Source: Antedon mediterranea
Lineage: Eukaryota; Animalia; Echinodermata
NCBI RefSeq assembly: GCF_964355755.1
Contig: NC_092673.1
Location: 2,170,001 to 2,234,000 of the forward strand
Direction of reading: 5' to 3'
DNA: 64,000 nt
Shown: positions 36,401-48,000 of the stretch, one piece after another
Position numbering within the stretch: position 1 is the stretch's first letter
Layout of the letters: each line of letters starts with the position of its first letter
Made by a program: the position numbers and the translations under genes
The notes under the pieces: generated by a model
Seen by the model: the letters and a program-made list of their open reading frames with translations, nothing else
Told to the model about the DNA's origin: nothing
Databases searched by the model: none

Positions 36401-39400
36401 TAATCAGTTTACAGCGTGATGCTTTTCAAAACGCGCAACGTTTTCAACGCGTTCAACGCTATGGGATTCAATTGTTTAACGTCGTCAATGAACGGTCAAC
36501 GGGTTCAACACATTCAACACGCTCTATTGTTAACGTATTCAAAACGCTTTTTGTACTTAAAAATGTAATGTTGTTCGATTTATAAAGATTTAAATTGGTT
36601 CATGGGTGTCGGACACGTCAATTTTTTTAGTTCTTTCAAATTACATTACAACAAACAATGGGACAATTATAAAATAAAAACCAAAATAGAGAAACAATAT
36701 TTTAACTTTATCTCTTGAATCTCGAACAGCTAAAAAATGTAGGCCTAAATAAAATTAATTACTTCATCGTCATTAACGATCGTTAAATACGTCATAACAC
36801 ACGTGGTGTTTTTCTTGAGGAAACCAGGGTGGCGGCCTCGTGTGTTGATGTCAGTAATTTCCACGTTGTTTGATTTTACGACGTGAGATCGTGTTTTCCC
36901 CCGGAAGGCCTACAGCAGTACAGTGTTAACTGTTAGACTTGGCATCGACCTTATTATTCGATGTTTTCCTTCACTAAACACTGGGAAATATCACTGTGTG
37001 TTTTATTTGGTAACTGTCCGTTCAATACTTAAAAATATATCTAAGCTTCATATATATTTTATTTATATTAAAATATCTGGTAGTGACTGCCGATAGGTAT
37101 TTTGCCTGTTGTTGTTACTGATCGTTCAGGCGTGCAATCGGCCAGTCTAGTGCTGCAGCAGCTAGCGTTGAAATAACTAATTGTTTACTTGACATGCTGA
37201 TAATGACTTTCGTTGAATAAACAACTAAACGTTGAAAGCCGTTCAACGCAACGCAAACACAACGCAACGACAACGTGTTGAATGCGTTGGGATTTTTGCA
37301 ATAATTCTGTCCTGTACTGTACCAAACTAAACAAAAAGTCTGAATGTTCAAACAAAATGTTAGCAAGGGGAAAACTAATATTAGACAGGAAAAACCAAAT
37401 TTGTCTCTTACAGGATTATGTAGCACAAGTTTCTTTAATTCCACCACCTCTTCACTCAGAGTTGCTGACATCAGAATGGATTGGTAGATTTTTGGTAAGT
37501 ATTCTAGAATAGCTTTGACATCAGATTCATAACCAAACGAGAACACTAGATCAGCCTCATCGATTACCAGCATCTCAAGTGATTCCTTCAAGTCAAGATT
37601 ATTGGATTGAAGATGTTGCAGAATACGACCTGGTGTTCCAACAACAATGTCAGGTTTTTCCATCAATATTGACCTCAAGAAAAAAACAAACATTTCAATT
37701 TTTTTATTAGTTGTAACAGTATGAAACTTTTCTACAGAAGTGAATAACAATTTCAATAAATGATATCAGGTACTGTTCCTCATTTCACATCACATACTAT
37801 CGTTCATACTACACACAGTGTGTTTTATTTAGGGTAATAACAAATACTAAATTTTACTCCTTGGCTTTATTTCATAATTTTCTTATCCTTGATAAAAAGT
37901 ATCCCACAATGTCATTTTCACAGTACACTGATGGTTGAATTGACACAGTTGTCTATTAATCATTGGTAAGTCTCATCATTAAAATTAATCAATTTAGAAC
38001 CATGAAATAGAACATTTTTCAATATTTGGACTGACCTTTGTGCTGTAATGTTGACCTGACCTGACACATCTGCACATTTTACCTCTCTAGAACAGCTACT
38101 GGATAAATCCTATTTAAAACATACATATTATTTTAACTTCTTCTTCCTATTATTTCACACAATATAACCTTTCAAATTATACAGATTAATTTAAATATAT
38201 GAAAACATTATTCTCTCTCTCTTTCTTATTTCCATTCATCATACAAAATCATAAATATACATAAATAATCATTCTTGTACAGTAATCATGTTTCTTAAAA
38301 CACACATAAGGTAAAGCAAAATATCGATATTTTTAAATAGCGATATTAGAACATATTATTATTTAACATAATATAAAGTTTCAGGTCAAAGTTATGCTTA
38401 TTTATTTACTAATTTAAATATAAAGTATAAACACATTAATAATGTTATGTTTGTTACCTTAATATTAGAGTAGACTTGTTTGCAGAGTTCTCGTGAAGGA
38501 GTCAATACTAAAGTTGACACATACTGTTCATCACTTGTCTTAAATATAAAGAATAAATAAAATATAATATAAAAAATAATAGATTAAATACAGATACAGT
38601 ATCACTTGAATTTGGAATATATTACATGAATGATATACTAATAAATATGATGGGTGTGGTAGGAAAATGAGGATTTTAAATTTAATTTATAAACTTTTAA
38701 TGGGAATCAGATGTGAATAGCTCATTTAAAATGGTAAGGATAGGAAAACAGAACAGAAATGAATAGTACAGTAAGTAAAGTAGTGCAGTAAGTAAAGTAG
38801 TACAGTAACTCTGCTAAACAAATATTTAAGAGAAATAGTATTAGTAGTTGTCAGTAAAAAACTTTTCTGTTAGGCCAAATAAAAAAACATACTTGTTAAG
38901 CGTCACCGCCCGCTCCTGATTATCCAGCCGCCTCTCTTTTTTTTTTTTTTTTACCGATATACAACGGAAAGTTCAGCGGCCCGGCCCAGCTCCAGAGTAA
39001 GGCTCGAAATTCACGCTAGCAAACTAGCATTTTGCTAGTAGATTCTTCATAATTGCTATTTGAAAATTTCAAAACTAGCAAATGTTTGTTAGGCTAGTGT
39101 AATTTTTGAAAAATACGTACTTTTTAGCTTAGCCAACGCTAGCCGCCGATCGCTCTATGGCGACAACGGCAATTTGGTGAAAACAATTGTTTCATTTACA
39201 CGCCGCCGATTTACGTCAGGAAACGTGAATAGCACCGTGAATCATGTAATGTGGTAAACAGCAAGCTTTTTCCCCAACACATTAAATCATGTGCATTTAG
39301 TACGTCGCTGAGGATTACATCATCAGTCACGTGATTACAGAATACGCGATTATCAATTTAGGGATTTAACGAAATAAATATTTTGCCTACACAGTGGTTG

Positions 39401-40846
39401 AAGCGCGTTTTTTTATAGGTTCGTAAATAGGAAACACCCCATACATAATGGACTCTACCAATTTTGTTTACGATGATCTCGAGATCGGCACACCACGAGG
39501 TCCTGTTGGGCGATGGGTTTCCTTATGCCTGGTTTACCTGTGGAATTGCATCACAACTTTAAATACTGATTTACACAGCAATTGGCAAAGGATTCATCAA
39601 AGAAGAATGAATACGTTGAATAAAATTTCACTTAAGAAATGCCGTAAGCTGTTTTCAAACTATAAATCAGCCCACTATTTAGTGTTATTTAGACCAAATC
39701 ATGCTTCTCGCGATAGGGAATTTCCAATAGATGAGTCGAGCGAGAGACGGCGGATGGCCGATGAGTGAGGTGGGGGTAGCAGCTTGGACGGATTAGTTAG
39801 CCTAGGGCCTACAATTTCGCTTGGTGGCAATTAAATTTAATGTTTTAATTACGTCTGGATATAAACAATACAAAAATCAATTTTGTCATAAGCAATAATA
39901 TTTCATACATAGTCAATTTTGTTCTGTTTCGCATTTTAAAAGTTTGACGTTTCGTCCTAAAAAAAAGTGGGGCAAAACGTCCACCGCGCAAAAATATACC
40001 TCTATAAAAAGTAAAAAAAAAAAAAAAAACCGTCCCCCCGCCCCTGAAAATTTATGAGGGTGTGACGCTTAACAAGTATATTTTTTTATTTGGCCTTACT
40101 ACTACACATGTCGATCAGCAAGTAAGTAGTAAGCTTAGCTTTATATGTTGTATTAAATATTACCAGTTTCCGAAGCAGTATTTTCTGTATAAGAGGAACA
40201 ACAAAGGCAGCCGTCTTTCCAGATCCAGTCCTTGCACGTGCCATGACATCTTTACCCTCAAGAACCAATGGTATGGCCTGTTCTTGTATGAGTGTTGGTT
40301 TGGCCCAGCCAAGTTTTGCAATATCCTATGCAAAAAAAAATACAATCGAACCCAAACTTTTATGTTAAAATATGAATGAAATTAAATCAATTTGTCAACA
40401 GATTTCTTGGTCTTATAAAATATTAAATAATAATATTAATAGATTAGATTCTGTGTATTTAATTTATACTGCATAAATATTTGCTGAAATTGGGAAGATC
40501 GGTACTTCGCTTAATTTGCCGGAATTGATATATTGGGAGAACATGACTGAGAGTGAGAGGTAACTGTAGACGTAATATAAATGGTGCGAAACGACCCTGA
40601 TTCGGTCGGTCCGGTAATTGGGGCCGATCTCATCATCGACATCATTTCGACAAACAGAGATTGGGCCTGGCTGAGTCATACAAAGAATAAATTAAAACAA
40701 ATACAAACCTTCAGCACACGGTCATCAAGTCCCATTTCATGAAATTCCACACACGTTTCCTCCACATTATCATCACTATCTGGGCCTAAGCCTAGATCAA
40801 CAAGTGATTTATTTGTGTTTTTCTTTTTCGATTTCTTTTTTGCCAT
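30475..40846 (-). CDS. DDX56: DEAD-box RNA helicase DDX56 (Dbp9), about 13 coding exons
   Basis: Exons approximately 40846-40709, 40325-40164, 38538-38458, 38109-38036, 37673-37412, 34553-34384, 33926-33735, 33208-33083, 32702-32608, 32199-32126, 31742-31547, 31031-30954, 30534-30475. Motifs [73 protein letters not shown]. Confidence 0.95.
32225..32521 (+). mobile_element. Full-length tRNA-derived SINE (CORE/MIR-like body, L2-like tail)
   Basis: Head TGGCGCAGTG...GGTTAGAATCC, body GGCAAGATGCTTTA...CCTCTCTCCACCCAGGTGTATAAA, tail AGCGC...GCGCTATATAAG(ATT)n. Confidence 0.75.
33980..34130. mobile_element. Degenerate Tc1/pogo-type MITE
   Basis: TACAGTCTCTCCCAA...TTGGGAGAGTTGACTGTA, with TA flanks. 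Confidence 0.5.
34605..35122 (+). mobile_element. Dispersed non-autonomous element with a subterminal hairpin
   Basis: 34612-34750 matches 18645-18840 in reverse orientation. Stem GATCTGGAGACTATACTATAT...ATATAGTATAGTCTCCAGATC at ~35027-35087. Confidence 0.55.
35260..37319. mobile_element. 2,060-bp non-autonomous Tc1/mariner-type element
   Basis: TA|CAGTACCGGACAGAATTATTGCA...TGCAATAATTCTGTCCTGTACTG|TA, with subterminal CGTTG/CAACG motifs. No transposase ORF. Confidence 0.8.
38873..40095. mobile_element. 1,223-bp non-autonomous DNA transposon with TTA target duplication (Zator- or PIF/Harbinger-like)
   Basis: TTA|GGCCAAATAAAAAAACATACTTGTTAAGCGTCAC...GTGACGCTTAACAAGTATATTTTTTTATTTGGCC|TTA. Confidence 0.8.
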
Positions 40847-41672
40847 GCTGCTTTTTTTTTCTCGCCTTTTAATAACTGACGATGAGGGGGTGAGTACAGA
40901 TTATCAGTTTTTTGTTTTTCAGAGTATTAATAATTGTCTAAATAATTTATATATACTGTAAATTATCCCTGTATTACCGTATCTCTTCCTGCCTTCAATA
41001 AACGAAAATTAGCATTGTTTCTCTACAAAAAAAATTCTTTTTCAATTTACAGACAGATAAGTTACCCAAAACAACTTGTTAAATAATAAATCACGATTTA
41101 AATTTACAAAATAGTCTTTACAAAATAAAAATAAAACAAAGTTAAAATATTTATTTTGATTTGCAATAATGTGATATTTATTCTTACAAAGATAATTATG
41201 ATTTATTTGTGTCAGTCAATTTTTCCCTAATTCTGAGACCCTTATGACCATTTATTTCTATTTTAATTTCCCAAAATTTACTCTTACTAACATTTCTGAA
41301 TGCACTTATTAAATATAAAATTGGCTCAATTTACTCTTATTACTTAATTATTATTATTTAAAACTCTTCTTTGATATTAAGTTATTTCTTGAGTCCAGCA
41401 TATGCAAGATTTAAACCAAGGGGAGAGTGAGACCAGGTGGGTATATAGGTATTTATATCACAAGAGTTATAAAATAAAAGTTATCTTATCTTATCTTATC
41501 TTATCAAGCTTACTCCACCCACCCTGCTGAAGTACAGTAGTATGTGTTACAGGTGATTTGCAAAATCTCTCATCATTTTATTTATGCTTACTTGGTGAAA
41601 AATGGTCTAATTCTAGCCCCCTCTACTCTATTTAGAATACCAAATTACATTAACTACATGCACAGTAGATCA

Positions 41673-44600
41673 TCAACTTGGAATTAATTTGTGAAGTTTT
41701 TCGCGTTTTTGTTCAATGTCATGTGACGGTAGATCAGGCAAACTGTCAACGTCAAACTTATCAGAAGATGCCGAAGAAATTGGTCTCCTACGTAAAGGCG
41801 TATCTCCTGCAAATGAAAAAAAGCTCATTTTAGAATATGATGATTTAAAAATTGCCTATATTTGTTATGATCAACTTAATTCGATTTATTGGTTTAATGG
41901 TTGATAGTATTGATTAATTTCATCTGACAGAGACATAATGATAGATAATCGAGAGATGATAATTCAGTTACAATATTTTATATGAACATGCACGGCACAC
42001 TTTAAAAACATGTAAATGCTACCTTGTCCTCGAGTTGTTGAAGCTGGGTGCTCTTCTGTCCTACTGTCAGTAAGCAAGGCCTCTAACTCAGCTTCCAAGT
42101 CACTCTGATCCAGACTCTGCTCTCCTAAGTAACTCTGCTCAAGCTCTTGGTTCTTCTCTTGCATTATAGTGGAAATATCCTGGCACATCTCCACAACCTA
42201 TAAAGCATTGTAATTACATAACACTTATATATACATATAGTCTATCTTATATCTTAATTATATTCCAACGTTGTTTTATACCGTAATAAATAAATAAATA
42301 AAATAGTTGTAATCCGTAATTATAGATTCAGTTTAAAAAAAATGTGTGCATCTCTATCATTGTGAACTTAATACGACATAGCTTATCTTACCTCCTGTAC
42401 ATCCGACATGGTATTGTGGACTACATCAGGCCTTAGTCGTTGGTCAGCTAGTGTCTTCCTTAAAGCTGAAGCACCTACCTCGTACGCATTTAGTATCTGA
42501 AAAAATGGTATATTATACATAATTGTCATTGATTTATAGGGCTCTAAAGTATTTCCTGATCAACTTATTAGATTCTTTAGTAACATTTTTTGTAATTAGA
42601 TTTATAGAGATTCTAGAAATATTTTTCTAGTACTAACCACTTTTTGTGATTCAGCTGTCTTTATTTGGTCAAGTAAACTTTCCAGCGTTGCTAGGGTTTG
42701 GTCAGCATTCTCAATCATCTTCTCCATTTTGAGCTTTTTCCGCAGAGCATTTTTAGCCTGAACAATATAAATAAAAAAGCAAACTAAACATTTTGGTGAG
42801 TTACTTACAAGGATAAAACAATGGCCAAGTGATCTCTAATATAAGCACTTACATTGTGTTTAATTTAAACCTGCAAGTAAATGGTTGAATCCTCAGCACA
42901 ATCTAACAATTTATTTTTAGAATAGTCTATTGGTCTATCCAAGCAATCTTAATATTGACTAAAGCTCTGCCTACACTATCAAACTAGTTTGACAAAAAAA
43001 AAATGTGGTGTGCCCAAATATAGTAGTGATATGCTTAAATATGGCAGTGATATGACATCACACTTTTGTTGTCACATACAGTGTGATACAGTGTGATACA
43101 GTGTGATAGTCAGAGCTTTAGAATTCTCTCGAAATATAACAATAACTTACTTTGATTTTTGAAGAATCTTTTAATGCAGCTTTTGCTTCTTCGTGTAATT
43201 TAGTCTTCTTTTCAGACATTTTTCTCATTTGAAGTTTAACCATCTCTATTGTTTTTTTCAACCTTGAAAATGTGAGAGCGAAAACATTTGTACAATAAAA
43301 ATAAATGATCCCTCTAAATGAAAAATAAAGTAGGTGACAACTATTAAAAATACAAAACATACAAAATTCGTTAAATGATAAATTATATTTTCAATTTACT
43401 GATATAATATTATTTACCGTATAATTCCAAAATCAGCTTCACTCAAAGGTTCTACAGAAGAATTACGTACATCAGTAAATTTAACTACCTAAAATTATAA
43501 TAAAAAATGTAATAATTTATTCACATTTAATTATCAACTTCATAATAATGACAAAGTGCAATGAATACAGGGTTATTTTTCTGATTTCTTTATATTTTTA
43601 CGATGATGAATAAAGTATATTTGATTTGATTTGAGTAATACATTGAATACAATTTAGTTTAAAAAATGGAATTTACAAAATTTAGTCCAAGTTATGGGGT
43701 GGAATTATACTCAAGCATACAGTAATATTTTAATTCACCTTTGACCCATCACTTGCATATCCAATACATATTTTCTTGTTTTTTTCAAGATGGTTTAGAA
43801 TTAGTTCCAATGATGACTTGTCTTGACAAAACTCAGCTGATAAAGATTCAACCTCTTCATAAGTTACTAAACTATCAGCAGAATCGCATTGCACTTTGCT
43901 ATGGTGAGCTTCTAGGAGGGAATTTGCATATTCCTGAAAAATGAAAACAAACATTTTTGTATTTTATATAAATTTCAACTTACATGATAAAACATCATTA
44001 AGCAACACAAATAAATGTTTATTACCTCGAGAAGCTCTTTGAGAATATAAACTCCTGTTGGGTCTGAACTTGGCTTTTTCCAAAATCTGTTAAAAACCCA
44101 ATATGACGGCGAGCTGACAAACACATAGAGTCCCCATGACAACCAACCTCTGCTTGCCACAGAATAGTTAAGAGAGTCTAGTTTTCGAGACCTGAAAATT
44201 GGACAAATGCTATACAGTAAGTTATATCTGTCAGAAATAAATGACAAAATGAATGTACGTATCATCCAAATTAATTAATAAAATATAATATCTGTGTGGG
44301 TCAAATGAGGTTATCGTAAATGTCAACTATGCATTACTGGTAATTTATTCTTTTCAACTACATGATTGACCGTTAAACAAGGCATTTTAATTATGGTCAA
44401 CTGTGCTACAGTATATTAATAGCCACCATCCCAAATATTACCTGTTCCGATTGACCGTGCCGATAGAAAATACTAATTTAAACCTACAGTTGACAATCCT
44501 ATCGAAAATACTGCCGAAACAGCTAGCCTCATCACTATTTCTCCGATAAGCTTGCCATACGCCACACCAAGTATGATAACCGCAAATCATATGACTTACC

Positions 44601-44850
44601 TAATTAATTCACTTAAAACTTCACCTATACACAAGGGTACTTTACCATCTCTTCTAAACTCTCCTGTTATTGTATCACAATTGACTGTGACTGTCTTATG
44701 TGACTTGCAGTATGCTGTGATAACTGAAGTCCAAAAATTCATTTTTGTATTCCAGTCATGAGGATTTGTGTTTTTTTCTCCTCTAAATGCTGAAAATAAA
44801 TAATTCATCCTTTCGTCGTCTTCCCAACATTCTGGAAAATGTGATTTCAT
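41673..44850 (-). CDS. CHMP7: Charged multivesicular body protein 7 (ESCRT-II/III hybrid), about 9 coding exons
   Basis: Exons approximately 44850-44600, 44191-44026, 43933-43738, 43488-43418, 43262-43151, 42757-42638, 42496-42392, 42197-42023, 41806-41673. N-terminus WEDDERMNYLFSAF...DWNTKMNFW...FRRDGKVPLCI, then GWLSWG, a Snf7 coiled coil, DLEAELEALL and C-terminal LPDLPS. Confidence 0.92.
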
Positions 44851-45077
44851 TTTACAAATAAAATTTACTTATAAAATGCAGAAAACAAAGTAAAATAAAA
44901 TAAAGGGAGGAGATTTTGTTGTGGTTGTTGATGCTCTATCTTCTTCTCAGATAGTAACCTTTGACATTTGTTTTGTTGAACTTTGACATGAAGCCTAGTT
45001 GCGGGCGTAAAATCGAGCGCGCTCAATTTAAAACAAGGCCTAATCTTACGCTTTTAAATCAGTTCAGCGAAATTGAA
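44851..45077. promoter_or_regulatory. Compact bidirectional promoter between CHMP7 and TTF2
   Basis: Divergent ATGs only 227 bp apart, with a CpG-rich patch (GCGGGCG, GAGCGCGCTC) at ~45000-45025. Confidence 0.65.
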
Positions 45078-48000
45078 ATGGAGGTTGTTGTATGTGAAAG
45101 TCATGGTAATTAATTTAAGAATTGCAATTCAAGTAAATCTAGGCTAGACCAGTAACTCAGTATGCTTTTAACAATAAAATTGGTTAGGCCTAACTTAGTA
45201 GGCTACGCCTCTCAAAAACTTACATGCAGCCAGCCTTTTCAAACACTGGCCGAAGTGAAGCTGATGTCTTGGGTCGTTTCGTTCCATTATATGCACTAGT
45301 ATTTGGCTAGCACGTCTCGGTGATAACGTTGTAATAACAAATTATACCTAATAGTTGAGGTATATAATAAATAGGGGGCTTAGTGTATAAATTATAAATA
45401 AAAGAATGTGATGGATCGCACAGTGAACAGTCATGCCAATAATACAGGGGACACATATTTTTATTATTTTATAATTTTGTCTCATTTATCAGCACAATTC
45501 ACCATGTGTCTCATAAAGTTTTTCTATCAGCACACTGCCTGTGTTCCATGGCTTTTTGCAGTATAATTTAATTTTTCATTTCAGGAAAACCATGCTATCT
45601 AAAAACTGGAACAAAAGATGGTTTAAGTAAAGGTCGTAGTTTCTATATATGCAGCCAAACAACCATGCCTTGCATGTTTTCAAAGCATACCAAGTAAGTA
45701 TTCTTTTTAGTTTATATATACTCTTCATTTATCAGAACACAAAAATATAAAAACATATATTATATACAAAATACATAAATAACAACACCACGAGAGCAGG
45801 AGGATAACCCTATAAAGTTCAAAGGCTTGTTTCAATAGGCATCCACACAAGTTTTTAAAGCATACCAAGTAAGTATTCTTTTTGACATTGTCTTGCCAAT
45901 TCTTCCAAAACATGATCTTACACTAATTAAAGTTTAATCTATTCCACCCAAATTGATCTTCAATAAGCAGTAACCAACTTAAAAAGCTTCTTTTTATAGC
46001 CTCTATCAAAGTAATATAGCATTGAATCTGGAGTGTGCAGTATTTGATGTAATGTTTTTATAAAGATTTATTATAACTATAATTTTCTTGTAGGCTTCCA
46101 GTTTCATTTTGTTTACAGCATGAAGATACCATGGTGGATCTGCAAGCATTGGTGCCATGTAAAAAGTCTGGCAAAATTAGGTAATGCTTTTTCTTTAAAT
46201 TCAGCCAGTCTTAAGGGTCTTTCACACCTGTTCCGGTCCGGCGAATCGAACATCAATGTTCATGACACTCTATGCGCTAATCAATATACACATAGCCACG
46301 CAAAAACGAAACATTGATGTTCGATTGGATTTGCCGGCGCTGGACTGAAACCGTGCCGGAACAGGTGGGAAAGACCCTTTATATCGCTAAGATTTCTTAT
46401 CAAAATGTATCATTGTTAATGTGTGAAATTTCATTTTTAGGCGCTTCTATCGGTGTAAGAAAGGCCAAGCTTTATCTGGGGGATCATGGTGTGGTTTTGC
46501 CTATACTGATCTTAAGGTATATTTTAAAATATTTTATACATATTTAACTATTGAAATTAATTATAAAAAAATGCATCTGTGGAATATTTATATTATTATA
46601 ATCTGATTAATTAATTAAATCAAATAGAGTCACAACATATACTAAAATGAAAGGGAAGTGGTATCTGGTCCATATTGCTCCTGTCATAGACATGGAAGTG
46701 ATAACAACAGGTTTTATGAAATGACATGACCTTAAAAACAGCAGTATCTTCAATGCTCAAATCTAATGCTTTGTTAATATTTTAAATTGATCATAATTAT
46801 AGTTTCATATTTTTAGACACCTGAGAGTTCAAAGGTGCCATTAAAAGATACAAATGGTTCTAAAGATGGAGGATTGGAAATTGACAGTGTAACTCATAAA
46901 AGGCAAACATCATCAAAATATTTTGGACAGGGCCAAGAAAATCCTGTGGAGAGTAACTCAAGTAATTATCAAAAAACAAAAAATGGACACAGAATACCAA
47001 GTAGGCCAATCACTGAAGACACTCAAAGTATGGATACTGCCACCAGAGTGGGACAAGGTACAGATGCTGTCAATGAGGATGTCGCAACTGACGAGGATGC
47101 AGAAAGTTCAGCTCAACCACCTTCCATAATCAAACCTAAAACGCTGTACCTTAACAAAAAAACAGGGTCCATTAATTTACAAAATAAGAATCCAAAATCA
47201 GATGAAGGAATTCAGAAAACGAAGAACACAGATGATGACTGCTTTATATCTGCTGTGTTTCCACCACAGAAATCCATGACAAAGACTGTAAAAACTGCTT
47301 CAAACAGTAAGAAAGTAGGAGATAAACATTCAGTATTTGCTATGGACAGTTTGAAGGAGTCTCTACCAGGGACTAAATCAAAACATGTCGATAAATCATC
47401 TGATAGTGGTCTGATGAAATCGAAGGAATCATCTTCTTCCTCATCTTCTTCATCCTCATCTTCAAGCCAAAGTGATGAGGATCGTAATTTTGAAGACACG
47501 TTGAATAGAAATACCACAAAAGGTCGAGCTAAAACAACATCAAGTACATCTTCCAATCAGATGGTTGGATCAAGAGCTGGTGGAGATGCTAGTATAAATG
47601 ACATGTCAAAAGTGAAAGGAACCGAACATGAAACGCCAGTAGCATCTTCCTTAAGCTCAACGGAAGACCAATCTAAAAACTCTTCCTCTGCCTCATCACT
47701 ATCTCCTCCTGCCATGGAGGAGGATCATGTCGTAGGATCTACAGGTGATTGTGCTGCTTTGCGTAGTGAAGTTGCGTTGAAATTGGAAAAACAAAAGGTA
47801 AAATAAATTAGTTTTCCTTTCAAATTATCTCTATTTTTTAATACTAAATGTAGCATTCTTAAATTTGTTTTTGAGCAATTTTTAATAAATTTTTACTTTA
47901 AAATGCTATTGATTATATGTTTGTATTATAATATAGACATTGCTGAAAACTCTTCCAATAGCCTTGCTATCTGACAAAGGAGCAAAACTAAAAAATCATG

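Noticed and set aside
39448-39768. 106-aa ORF inside the TTA-flanked element as a transposase
   Set aside because: No recognisable DDE or DNA-binding motif, and too short.
47428-47466. Poly-serine tract in TTF2 exon 5
   Set aside because: Ordinary low-complexity sequence in a disordered linker.
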